From NCBI GenBank assembly GCA_965209155.1, contig OZ242383.1, positions 1,760,001-1,824,000 of the forward strand: DNA of 64,000 bases. The letters are read 5' to 3'. This stretch comes from a bacterium. GTDB lineage: Bacteria; SAR324; NAC60-12. Below the pieces are notes generated by a model that saw only the letters and a program-made list of their open reading frames with translations, searched no databases and was not told where the DNA came from. The first letter of the stretch is position 1. Every line of letters begins with the position of its first letter. This document shows, in pieces, positions 41,945-52,300 of this stretch. A program made the translations under genes and the position numbers.

Positions 41945-43810
41945 ATGTCGACCTATAGTACCTTTCTCAGCTTCTCCAGGCGACCCACCCGGGTTGTTTC
42001 GGTAGGATCACTCAAAATTGGAGGGGAAGAGTCCATTTGCGTTCAATCCATGCTCACATCCCGGACCTGCGATCTGCCTCGGGTTCTGGACGAGATAACG
42101 ACACTCGCTGCCGTCAACTGCCAGTTGATACGTATTACGGTTCCCAACCAGCGCGCAGTGGAGTGTCTGCCAGCCATCCGTCGGGGAATGGAAAAAAGAG
42201 GAATTGCGATTCCGGTGGTGGCCGACATCCACTTCAACCCCCAATTGGCGATTGATAGTTGTGAATTCGTCGAGAAAGTGCGCATCAACCCGGGCAATTA
42301 CGCAGACCGTAAACGCTTTGAAATCCGCGAATACAGCGAGGCCCTTTACCAAGAGGAACTCGAACGGATTGAAGCAAGATTATTGACCTTGACAGGCAAC
42401 CTGAAAAAGTATGGTTGCGCCTTGAGGATCGGCGTCAATCACGGTTCCTTGTGCGATCGTATCCTCAATCGCTATGGAGACACGCCCAAAGGAATGGTTG
42501 AATCCGCTTTGGAATTTGTACGCATCTTTAGCAAACATGACTTCAATGACATCATAATTTCCATGAAATCCTCCATCCCCTCCGTGATGATGCAGGCATA
42601 TCGATTTTTAGTCATCCAAATGGAACAGGAAGGGATGGACTACCCCCTGCACCTGGGGGTGACTGAAGCGGGCAATGGTTTGGAGGCTCGCATTAAAAGC
42701 GCTGTTGGAATTGGCAGCTTGTTGATGGATGGGATAGGGGACACGATTCGAGTCTCCCTCACGGAACCTGCGGAAAATGAAATTCCTGCTGCGTATTCGA
42801 TTTTACAGGGTCTGGATTGCTTTCGAAAGGAGTTTTCTGCTTGGCGAAAAATTCTTTATGAACCACCAGTTTCTGATTCTGAACGCGCTACGCAGTCCGT
42901 TACGTTGAAACTTGAAAATGATGCGTGTTCGACGTCCCTGCATTCCTTTCAACCGATCACGGTGGGGGGCGACTCCCCTTTTGCATTCCTGGGAATGAGC
43001 AGTTACCCAATTGAAAATCTTGCGTCTCCATTGTTTGATCGGACTTTGACTACACCTCCCAGCGGAAAATCAGCATCCTCCGATATCCGATTATTTGAAT
43101 CATTGTCCCTGTTTTTTGAGAAAAACAACTCAGTCCAAATGGAGGTCCCTCCAGTCATTCTTTTAGAAGAGCAGCAAATCAAGCAGAGCGGATTTTCTGA
43201 GAAACTAAAAGTATTGCTGCAAGAAAAGGAAGCAAAATTACTGCTGGTTCGCAGTTCCCATCCTCTCCTGACAGTAAGATTTCTAGAACATTTGTTGCGA
43301 AATTGTCAATCGGACTGGCCCTTGGGAATCGTTGTACCCGATGTGGATGATACCCGGCATTGGTCTGGCTTGGCAGCGGAAGCAGGGAGCCTCATCGTCG
43401 ACGGGTTGGTCGACTGTTTGGTTTGTCCCACAATCGATCCCCAAAAACCGGTATTCCAGTTTTGCCAGACGTTGCTGCAAGCAACCCGTGTCCGGCTTTT
43501 CAAAGCTGATTTTATTTCCTGTCCTTCATGTGGTCGCACTTTTTTTGATTTGCAAACCACAACAGACGCCATCAAAGTACGCACGCAGCATCTCAAAGGG
43601 GTTAAAATTGGTATCATGGGATGTGTCGTCAATGGTCCGGGAGAGATGGCGGATGCGGATTTCGGTTATGTTGGTTCGGCAAAAGGAAAAATCAATCTCT
43701 ATCGGAAACAGGAATGCGTTGCACGTAACATTCCACAAAATCAAGCCGTGGAGCGTCTGATCGATTTGATCAAAGCAGATGGAAGATGGATTGCGCCTGA
43801 AGGAGAATAA
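41945..43810 (+). CDS. ispG: HMBPP synthase (long form with inserted domain)
   Basis: VQSM, ADIHF, RINPGN, RIGVNHGSL, HLGVTEAG, SCPSCGR, MGCVVNGPGE. Confidence 0.96.
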   Translation: MSTYSTFLSFSRRPTRVVSVGSLKIGGEESICVQSMLTSRTCDLPRVLDEITTLAAVNCQLIRITVPNQRAVECLPAIRRGMEKRGIAIPVVADIHFNPQLAIDSCEFVEKVRINPGNYADRKRFEIREYSEALYQEELERIEARLLTLTGNLKKYGCALRIGVNHGSLCDRILNRYGDTPKGMVESALEFVRIFSKHDFNDIIISMKSSIPSVMMQAYRFLVIQMEQEGMDYPLHLGVTEAGNGLEARIKSAVGIGSLLMDGIGDTIRVSLTEPAENEIPAAYSILQGLDCFRKEFSAWRKILYEPPVSDSERATQSVTLKLENDACSTSLHSFQPITVGGDSPFAFLGMSSYPIENLASPLFDRTLTTPPSGKSASSDIRLFESLSLFFEKNNSVQMEVPPVILLEEQQIKQSGFSEKLKVLLQEKEAKLLLVRSSHPLLTVRFLEHLLRNCQSDWPLGIVVPDVDDTRHWSGLAAEAGSLIVDGLVDCLVCPTIDPQKPVFQFCQTLLQATRVRLFKADFISCPSCGRTFFDLQTTTDAIKVRTQHLKGVKIGIMGCVVNGPGEMADADFGYVGSAKGKINLYRKQECVARNIPQNQAVERLIDLIKADGRWIAPEGE

Positions 43811-43883
43811 CTACGTTGCGAGCAATTAAAACTTTTTGTATTAAAAACCGGATTTGGTTTGAAACCTGTGCTCAAAGGGGAAA

Positions 43884-45071
43884 ATGTCTGTTGCTGAAAA
43901 TGTGAAAAACATGATGGAAAACGCATCGTGGATTCGTGAAATGTTTGAAAAAGGCCGGCGTTTGAAAGACATCCACGGAGAAGATCAGGTCTTTGATTTT
44001 TCCCTGGGGAACCCCATCATCGAACCCCCTGAAAGGGTATACCAGGTCTTGAAAGAATTGTTGGAAGCGCACCTGCCAGGCGGTCACCGTTACATGCCCA
44101 ATGCAGGCCTGCCGGAAACACGCGCTTTCATTGCCAGAACCCTCTCTCAGGAGATGGGATTGCCTTTTGAAAGCGGAGATATCACCATGTGCGTGGGAGC
44201 GGGAGGGGGTTTGAACACCGTGTTGAAAGCCCTGCTCAATCCTGCGGAAGAAGTGCTGACTCTGGCACCCTATTTTGTGGAATACGGTGTCTATGCCCAA
44301 AATCATGGAGGAGTGCTGCGAGTTGCCGAAACCAATGATATCTTTCAGATCGATTTGGAACAAGTCCGTGAAATCCTCACGCCGCAAACTAAAATCATCC
44401 TGGTCAATTCACCCAACAATCCCACGGGCGCCGTTTATCCCCAGGAAGATTTGGATCAGTTGGGAAAATTACTGGCGGAAAAAGAGCAGGAATATGGTCA
44501 TGCCATCTATCTCGTTTCCGACGATCCTTACCGGCATCTCCTTTTTGACGATTTGAAACCCTGCAATATTTTTCAAAGTCATCCCAATGCCATCCTGGTC
44601 ACTTCCCATTCCAAAGACCTGGGGCTGCCGGGAGAACGCATCGGATTTATTGCCATACATCCGGGATGTCGGGAACGGGTCGGCTTGCAAAACGCCCTGA
44701 CCCTCACCACTCGTATCCTGGGTTTTGTTAACGCCCCCGCCCTCATGCAGAGAATTCTGCCTCATCTCCAAGGCGCGAAAGTATCCGCAGACGTCTACCA
44801 GCGATTGAGGGATGTCTTTTGTGATGGTCTGTTGAAGATGGGATTTGACCTCACTATTCCTCAGGGGACGTTTTACATTTTTCCCAAATCCCCCATTCCG
44901 GATGACGTGGCCTTTGTCAATGAGGCCCTGTCCGAAAATATCCTGCTGGTTCCGGGTTCCGGTTTTGGCAGACCCGGTTACTTCCGCATTGCGTACTGCT
45001 GCACTGAAGAAACTATCCTCCGTTCCTTCCCCCATTTTAAAAGATTGGCACGGAAATACGGACTTTATTAG
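43884..45071 (+). CDS. Class I/II PLP aminotransferase (aspartate aminotransferase-like)
   Basis: FSLGNP, NSPNNPTG, SDDPY, SHSKDLGLPGERIG. Confidence 0.92.
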   Translation: MSVAENVKNMMENASWIREMFEKGRRLKDIHGEDQVFDFSLGNPIIEPPERVYQVLKELLEAHLPGGHRYMPNAGLPETRAFIARTLSQEMGLPFESGDITMCVGAGGGLNTVLKALLNPAEEVLTLAPYFVEYGVYAQNHGGVLRVAETNDIFQIDLEQVREILTPQTKIILVNSPNNPTGAVYPQEDLDQLGKLLAEKEQEYGHAIYLVSDDPYRHLLFDDLKPCNIFQSHPNAILVTSHSKDLGLPGERIGFIAIHPGCRERVGLQNALTLTTRILGFVNAPALMQRILPHLQGAKVSADVYQRLRDVFCDGLLKMGFDLTIPQGTFYIFPKSPIPDDVAFVNEALSENILLVPGSGFGRPGYFRIAYCCTEETILRSFPHFKRLARKYGLY

Positions 45072-45310
45072 TCACAGGAATTGTCACTTGATTGGAAATC
45101 ATCGTAACTCATATCGATTGTTTGAGTCGACATTCAAGTATGAATGTTCATTTCCAGAGGGGTAATCTTCAGTGCGGACCAAGTCGCGTCGATCGAGCAG
45201 ATCTTGAAATCCACCAGGCCAATGGCCAGTCCGCTTTCGCAGCGTCTCGGCCCGTAATTCCGCTTCCTCCGCATTCCAATGCACCAGTCGAATTTTTTGA
45301 TTCATCGTCA

Positions 45311-45901
45311 TTATTTATATTGGTCGTTGAGGCCCGCTCCTTCGACAATCATCGGGATGATCTTTGCGATTCGCTTCGCCTTGGTTTCTTCTCGTTTGGC
45401 ATCGGAAACGTAGTCCGCATATTCGCGTTGCTTGCCTTTGCTGAGTCCCTTGAAACCCGCATGCGCATTTTCATTTTTTGCAAGCGCTTCCTCAAGCTGT
45501 GCTGGCAGGATGAGTGGTTTGTTGCGATCCGGCTTGATTTGAATGCCCTTCATCTGTAATTCGATTGCCTCTTTTACATATGCCTTGATGAGCGCAGAAT
45601 CGATCTCCGTTTTGGATGAAAACCGCCATTGTCGCAGCGCTTTGGTCCTACCATTCTGAGCGTTGACCAGCAAGTTTTTCTCGTCACTCAAAAGCGCTCC
45701 TTGATAAAACCAGAGCGCTACGAAGGACTTGAACGCACCCAGACCGACGACCATTTTCCCGTTAAGCGTGTAACAAGGCATTCCCCATTTCACCGTTTCT
45801 TCGAGTTTGGTGGAAAGCAGGATCTTCCTCAATTGAACCAACTCCTCTTTCCAATGGTCGCTGCATTCTATGTATTCATTGACCGTCTTGTATCGTTTCA
45901 T
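45311..45901 (-). CDS. YdeI/OmpD-associated family protein (DUF1801 + OmdA)
   Basis: ETVKWGMPCY, WFYQGALL, RQWRF, F..LSKGKQREY..AKREETKAKRI. Confidence 0.85.
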   Translation of the reverse strand: MKRYKTVNEYIECSDHWKEELVQLRKILLSTKLEETVKWGMPCYTLNGKMVVGLGAFKSFVALWFYQGALLSDEKNLLVNAQNGRTKALRQWRFSSKTEIDSALIKAYVKEAIELQMKGIQIKPDRNKPLILPAQLEEALAKNENAHAGFKGLSKGKQREYADYVSDAKREETKAKRIAKIIPMIVEGAGLNDQYK

Positions 45902-45967
45902 TTGGGTTCCTTAAATTCAAGGAGTCGAATTGCTTGGATCGCATGATAGGGGTGAACGACAAGAGAG

Positions 45968-46390
45968 TCAATCGGATGATTTCCACGGGTCGTAAGAACC
46001 GATATTCCAGACATGACCTTCCGGATCGCGACATGCGAAAAAGATGCCGCCGTATTCGGGGTTTTCGAGCGGGGATACGATTTCAGCACCAGCCTCTACG
46101 GCACGGTCATGCAAGGCTTCCGGATCGTCCACCACGAGGTAGACGGACTGGGTGTTCACTCCCCCCGGTCCAGGTACACCCATCAATTGCCCGTGCGTGT
46201 CATCGCGCTCACTTCCGAGCATGATCATGCCGTCACCGAGCGTAAGCTGGGCATGCAGGATTTTGTCGCCGTCTCCTGGTACGACCAGGTGCCTCGAAAA
46301 ACCGAGCACGCGGCCTAGCCAGTCTATGGCGGCGGGAGCATTTTGATAACGCATTGAAGGAATAACCGGTGATTTACCAAAGGTGGGCAT
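45968..46390 (-). CDS. VOC/glyoxalase-bleomycin resistance family protein
   Basis: AAIDWL..GF, HAQL..GDGMIMLGS, RDPEGHVW. Confidence 0.88.
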   Translation of the reverse strand: MPTFGKSPVIPSMRYQNAPAAIDWLGRVLGFSRHLVVPGDGDKILHAQLTLGDGMIMLGSERDDTHGQLMGVPGPGGVNTQSVYLVVDDPEALHDRAVEAGAEIVSPLENPEYGGIFFACRDPEGHVWNIGSYDPWKSSD

Positions 46391-46728
46391 GGGAATATTT
46401 CTCAAAAAAGGAACAAAATATAGTTATTGATAAGAGTAACATCCTGATATCCTGAAGTAAAGTTATTTTATTCTTGAGCATTGAGATGGGCGGGTTCAAT
46501 GCGCGATGTTTCTTTACAATTTTTCATTTCATTGTTTGTTGATTGCTTGACAATTATCCGGCATGGATTAAGATCATTATCAAATCAATTTCGAACATTG
46601 GGATGGCATGCTCTCTTTCGGGTATTGTATTTTTCTGCCAGACACTGCCAATAGTCATCACCACCGGCAGAGCCGGTGGCTTGAAGAGGCCCCCAGGATG
46701 GGGGCAAAACGTGTTCGTCATCGTATGA

Positions 46729-47130
46729 CGTGCTCGTGCTCGTGAACGAAAAAGGCTGCCATGTTAGATCATGAAAAACTCGATGTATACCAATGTTCCA
46801 TCGAAATTTTTAGCGTTATCTGTCCAAGTCATCGAAACATTGCCAAAAGGATACTCAGCCTTAGTTGACCAACTGAAAAGGGCCTCATGGTCGATTCCTC
46901 TCAATATCGCAGAAGGCTGTGGAAAAAATTCCCTTCCTGACAAGCAACGATTCTATGCGTTTGCCCGAGGTTCCGCAATGGAATGCGCTACTATTCTCGA
47001 TGTTTTAAACGTGTTGAAGATCATCCAGCCTTCTTTATTTGACGAAGGAAAACAGTTACTTCATCGCATTGTTTCTATGTTAACCAAAATGTGCCGTCGA
47101 TTTCACTGACCGTTCACGAGCACGAGCACG
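46729..47130. repeat. Perfect 20-bp inverted repeat built from hexamers, flanking the four-helix-bundle gene
   Basis: cgtgctcgtgctcgtgaacg (46729-46748) / cgttcacgagcacgagcacg (47111-47130). Confidence 0.95.
46761..47109 (+). pseudogene. Four-helix-bundle protein (23S rRNA IVP family), +1 frameshift near the 5' end
   Basis: MLDHEKLDVYQCSIE in one frame; FLAL..DQLKRASWSIPLNIAEG..FARGSAMEC in the next; extra A in gaaattttt at ~46804-46812. Confidence 0.85.
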
Positions 47131-47337
47131 GCCCACGGACACGGATACGTTTCTCATGTCTGACCGGCAAAGCCTATTAGGTTCGCACCAGCAGAGCTGG
47201 TGGTTTAATGAGATTAATTATCTGGCGTTCCGAGTTGCCTGTGCTAAAAGAAAATGAAGGGCAAACAAGGGCGGAGTATCAATTTGCGAAATCACGAATT
47301 CAGGCAAATGAGTAGTGTAGTTCAATAGCAATTGACT

Positions 47338-48186
47338 ATGGCAAAAAAATGGGGACAGCATTTCCTGATACGGCGATCCTATGTGGACCGGTTGCTGGAA
47401 ACAGCTCAAGTCGCGAGCAATGATTGCATCCTGGAAATCGGTCCGGGTAAAGGCATCCTGACCCGAGCTTTGCTTGCGCGACAAGCGAAGGTTACGGCAA
47501 TTGAGGTGGATCCGAATTTGTACTGTTTCTTGAGAAAGCAGTTTATTCGAGAAAAGGCTTTATTCCTCTTCAATCGCGACTTCTTAGAGTGTGAAAAGGA
47601 ATTTTTGGCAAACCTTTATCCCAATGCCTATAAAGTGGTGTCCAACCTTCCTTACAATATCGCCACACCTGTCTTTTTCAAACTCCTGGAACTGCGTCAC
47701 TGCTTGCAATCCATCACCGTCATGATGCAAAAAGAAGTCGCCCTGCGGATTTGCGCCACCGTCAAGGAACGTGCCTTTTATGGAGTGCTCTCAGTTGTGG
47801 CGGAATTGGGATTTGAACGTAAACTGTCATTTTCGATTCCGCCCAACGCTTTCAATCCTGTCCCTAAAGTGGATTCTGCGGTGGTCTATTTGATTCCAAA
47901 GCCAAGGCGAATCTCAGCCGAAGAAGAGCGCCCTTTCTTAAAATGGGTCCGGCTTGTTTTCAACAAGCGTCGCAAGACGCTGCTGAACAATCTTCAACGA
48001 TGTTGTCCCGGAGAATTTAAACGCCACGAATTTTATCTACGAAAAAAATACGCAAAAATACGTGCTGAAACGCTCACCTTGCAAGAGTTAACAGACCTGT
48101 TTCAACTTCTTTTTCATCCCGCGGGACTCCCACCTTCCGATTCTACTAATCGCGCATTCCATGAGCAATCGATTTGCCCGGACTAA
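47338..48186 (+). CDS. rsmA: 16S rRNA dimethyladenosine transferase
   Basis: KKWGQHFL, LEIGPGKGILT, SNLPYNI, MMQKEVA, F.PVPKVDS. Confidence 0.95.
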   Translation: MAKKWGQHFLIRRSYVDRLLETAQVASNDCILEIGPGKGILTRALLARQAKVTAIEVDPNLYCFLRKQFIREKALFLFNRDFLECEKEFLANLYPNAYKVVSNLPYNIATPVFFKLLELRHCLQSITVMMQKEVALRICATVKERAFYGVLSVVAELGFERKLSFSIPPNAFNPVPKVDSAVVYLIPKPRRISAEEERPFLKWVRLVFNKRRKTLLNNLQRCCPGEFKRHEFYLRKKYAKIRAETLTLQELTDLFQLLFHPAGLPPSDSTNRAFHEQSICPD

Positions 48187-48635
48187 CGTGCGGAGCGAAT
48201 TTGAATTTTCCACCATTGCGCGTAAATTTCGTCTGACCACAAACTTTGAATCCAGGCGATGGCATTGATGATTTCTTCATCAGTGAGGATATCTTTGAAT
48301 GGCGGCATCTTACCGGTTCCTCCCGGAAATCCGAATTTGATCTGCTGTGCCAGCACTCTGAATGGGTGATGCCAGGTATGGGCTGTGCCATTCAAAGGAG
48401 GTGGAGGAAAATTTCCGTCTTTATCAGGGGTTCGCCAGTTTGGAGTTGCTTCACCACGGGTCCCGTGGCAACTGGCGCAATTCGTTTCATAGACTTTTTT
48501 TCCAGATTCTACCCGGGACTTTTCATACCAGCGTTCGGGGGTTTCGGCAACTGCAGTGGACAACGCGGAAAGAGTAGCAATCACAACACAAGTGATTATG
48601 ATAGAATCCATTATAACGATTGAAATTCTTTTCAT
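48183..48635 (-). CDS. Monoheme cytochrome c
   Basis: Signal peptide, CASCH, PPPLNGTAHTWHH, MPPF. Confidence 0.9.
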   Translation of the reverse strand: MKRISIVIMDSIIITCVVIATLSALSTAVAETPERWYEKSRVESGKKVYETNCASCHGTRGEATPNWRTPDKDGNFPPPPLNGTAHTWHHPFRVLAQQIKFGFPGGTGKMPPFKDILTDEEIINAIAWIQSLWSDEIYAQWWKIQIRSAR

Positions 48636-48747
48636 TGGCCTCAATACTCTGAAAATAGTGGCTTCACGCTTGGATATCCCTGAATGGGGTCAAGGTCACA
48701 TTCTGATTGAAAAGCAATTAGATTCAGTCAGTAAAAATTAATTGTAT

Positions 48748-48823
48748 TGGTGCTCCCACCGGGACTCGAACCCAGAACTACGGATTAGGAATCCGTTGTT
48801 TTATCCAGTTGAACTACAGGAGC
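48748..48823 (-). tRNA. tRNA-Arg (anticodon CCT)
   Basis: Cloverleaf GCTCCTG...acgga TT CCT AA tccgt...GGTTCGAGTCC...TGGGAGCACCA. Confidence 0.95.
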
Positions 48824-49012
48824 ATTCCGCAAAATTTAGAATTGTGATCCAATGGAGCCGAGAGAGTCAGTTTTTACTGACGACGTCGGAAGAGTTTACT
48901 TTTTTTCCAGGTCAAAAACAAGAAATGATGCGAGAAAGAAGCGATTTCTTCTTGCATATTCGGACAAGATTAATATTTTATTTCAAAGCATTTTCAATAC
49001 GAGGAGAGCTAT

Positions 49013-49333
49013 ATGGAAGTTCAAACAAGAATAGAGAAGAAACTGCAAAGGGCATTCGATCCACTTTTTCTTCAGGTACAAAACGAAAGCAACCAACACA
49101 ATGTCCCAGCCGGGTCGGAATCCCATTTCAAGGTTGTTATCGTTTCGGCAAAATTTGAGCGCAAAAGTCTTTTACAGCAGCACCAACTGATCAATCAAGT
49201 CTTGGCAGAGGATCTGGCCGGTCCTGTCCATGCCTTGTCTATTCAGGCAAAAACCCCCACGCAATGGGAACATAGCGGTCACGCGATTCGTGATACCCCG
49301 GAATGTTTGGGAGGAAAAAAGCGTAGTTCCTGA
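49013..49333 (+). CDS. bolA: BolA family protein
   Basis: NESNQHNVPAGSESHFKVVIVS, VHALSI. Confidence 0.9.
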   Translation: MEVQTRIEKKLQRAFDPLFLQVQNESNQHNVPAGSESHFKVVIVSAKFERKSLLQQHQLINQVLAEDLAGPVHALSIQAKTPTQWEHSGHAIRDTPECLGGKKRSS

Positions 49334-49342
49334 AGGGGGGAT

Positions 49343-52300
49343 TTAAACAGAATAGGCTTTGTTACGTTTATCGCGTTGTTTTTTTCTTTCCCGGTTGGAA
49401 ACGTATACTTTTTTCCGGATGGCTGGTTTGGGACTATTGACGACTTTGGGTTCATCCCCATGACTATAAATGGCTTCTGGCGCTTGGGGATCGACATGAA
49501 AGAACAGGTAGCGGGGATGAGGCAGTTTATTACGATGGAAAAATTGAGTGGTCGATTCTCGCGCAATGTCTGAAATAAGGTTGTCGAATAAGGCAAATGC
49601 TTTACGGCGGTATTCGTCAATGGGTTTTTTCTGCGCATAACCCGCCAGGCCCACTTCCTCTCTGAGATGATCCATTGCCAGTAAATGATTTTTCCAGCGT
49701 TCGTCATTGCTGTTCAAAAGGTTTTGACGTTGCACCATCAAAACCAGAGTTTCAAAAATCTCCTGCTTGAACTGCAAATACCCGGAAAAAAAATGTTGTC
49801 GGAAATCATCAGGAATCTCATTGAGAAAAGGCGTGATGGCTTCCACACGAGAATTCAAACGCTTATTCCGACAATAGGTGTCGAATCGCTGGAGCCACAT
49901 TTCAAAAAATGCACGCAACTGCTTCATTTGAGGATGAGGAAACTCCCAGGTCGCCGCAGTGACGGAACGGGCATTCTCATGAAGGATGATCTGCAGGTAG
50001 ATCCCGGCCACTTCAAAGAGTTCTATTTCTTTGTATTTATTGAAAAATTCTTCTTTGAAACGATCCAATTTGATTTGGTAACAATCTTCGGTGATCTCGA
50101 AGAGCTTATGCACGATCTCTTCTCGTTTCAGTGAAGGATCTTCCCAGGATTCATCGAGGTGAGAGTTAAAAATATGAAAAAAATCCTGCTTGAATTCTTC
50201 CCGCTTCCACTGGTCTTGAAATTTGTCACTGCAATACTGGTCCATCAACTCTTCAATCGTCTCTGCGCACATATCCAGGAAGCAATGGTGGATATCGTCG
50301 CTTAAAATAGCTCGTCGTCTGTCATAGATGATATTTCGCTGCCTTTCCATGACGTCGTCGTATTCGAGCAGATTTTTCCGGGCACTGAAATGCATCGATT
50401 CTACTTTTTTCTGGGCGTTGGCAATAGCCCGTGAAACGAACATATGTTCGATTGGCATATCTTCTTCAATTTGAAAGCGGTCCATCCATTTGGCCAACTT
50501 TTCGCCTCCAAAGATACGTAAAAGATTGTCTTCCATTGCAAGGAAGAATTGGGATTCGCCGGGATCCCCTTGTCGTCCGGAACGTCCACGCAACTGGTTA
50601 TCGATGCGACGACTGTCATGCCGCTCCGTCCCCAAAATGAAAACCCCACCGAGCTCCAAAACCTCCGACGCCGGTTTGATATCAGTCCCGCGACCCGCCA
50701 TATTGGTGGCGATCGTCACCGATCCCGATTGACCGGCGTTTTTAATGATTTCAGCTTCTTGAGCGTGATATTTTGCATTGAGAACACGGTGCTCGATTCC
50801 TTTTTGTTGCAGACGGCGGCTGATCAGTTCGGAAGTTTCTACGGAAACAGTTCCTACCAACACGGGTTGCTTGCGCTCATACAGTGATTGCACTTGGTTG
50901 ACTATGGCATTGAACTTGGACTTTTGCGTTTTATAGATTAAATCCGGCTTGTCGTTGCGAATGACAGGCAGGTGGGTGGGGATGACCACCACCCCCAGGT
51001 TATAGATTTTTTTGAACTCATCTTTTTCAGTTTCCGCAGTACCGGTCATCCCGGCAATTTTACGGTATAGGCGGAAATAATTTTGGAAGGTGATGGAAGC
51101 CAGTGTTTGGGTTTCCATTTCAACACGTACTTTTTCTTTGGCTTCCAATGCCTGATGCAACCCGTCGCTGTAACGTCTTCCCGGCATCAAGCGACCCGTA
51201 AAGTCGTCGACGATGACCACCTGACCGTTCTGGACGACATAATCCACGTCTTTTTTAAAAACCAAATGGGCTTTGAGCGCCTGATTGATGTGGTGCAGGA
51301 CGGGGGTATTCACCCTGTCGAACAAGCTTTTCAAGACCTGAATTTCAGCGAATATGGCGGAACGGCATTGATTGGATTTTTCAGCTCCCAAGGTACTTTG
51401 CAAGGCTTCAAAAAATGCTTCTTCGCTTTCATATTCCAAATCTTTCAGGTTCGTTAACTCTGACATGACAGGCCCCAATTCCGGATTAGCCTGGAGGTGT
51501 TCCAGACTTTCCTGAGAAAGTCGGTAGGTAGGCAGGAGCATGCCTTTGTAAGCCAACTGGAGGATGCGTGATTTGAAGGGGATGAGTGAGGACTGCCCAA
51601 CGCCGTCATTGGCGATTTTGTCGGACAATGTCTGCAAGAAGCCATCTTGCCGTTTGAAATCAAAATTAGCAGTGCTTTTCAGTCCTTGGAGCACTATGTC
51701 TTCATTGATTTCGGATTCCAGACGCCGGATATCTTGATCAGTGAGTTGATAATGCTCGAAAGCAGCCAATCGCTTTTCTATTTTAGCAGCTCCACGATCG
51801 GTCAAGGCCACATACCGCGATTTTTCATCCAGCGTATAATCGCCTTCGCGGACTATGTCACGATCTTCCTTGTATTCCCATTCGGGATCAATACCATGGA
51901 TTTCATGATCGGGAAGTTGGGGCACTTCAATTTTTTGAATTTCACGCTGCAGGTCATAAATGAGCTTGTTGACTATTCGGTATTTTTCGATGTCATCGTC
52001 AGTGGCTCCACTGATGATAAGGGGAGTACGCGATTCATCAATCAGAATGCTGTCCACTTCATCAATGATGGCATAGTGGAAATCACGTTGTACGTAATCA
52101 ACGAGGTCCATCTTCATGTTGTCCCGTAAATAATCGAAGCCAAACTCATTGTTGGTGCCGTAAGTGATGTCTGCCTGATAACTTTTCTGACGCTGAGTGG
52201 GATGAAAGTCATGTTGGATCAATCCTACCGTAGTTCCCAGGAAACGGTAAATTTGCCCCATCCATTCGCTGTCACGTTTGGCCAGGTAGTCATTAGGAGT

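Larger units (their letters stand above)
46661..47206. mobile_element. Non-autonomous element with IS200/IS605-type hairpin ends carrying a four-helix-bundle gene
   Basis: ccaccggcagagccggtgg (46661-46679) and caccagcagagctggtgg (47186-47203) in the same orientation; no transposase between them. Confidence 0.55.

Noticed and set aside
45099..45311. 70-aa ORF downstream of the YdeI-like gene
   Set aside because: Looks like a truncated fragment; no family could be assigned
46761..47109. Diversity-generating retroelement (Avd-like gene)
   Set aside because: No reverse transcriptase and no TR/VR pair with adenine-specific differences in the window
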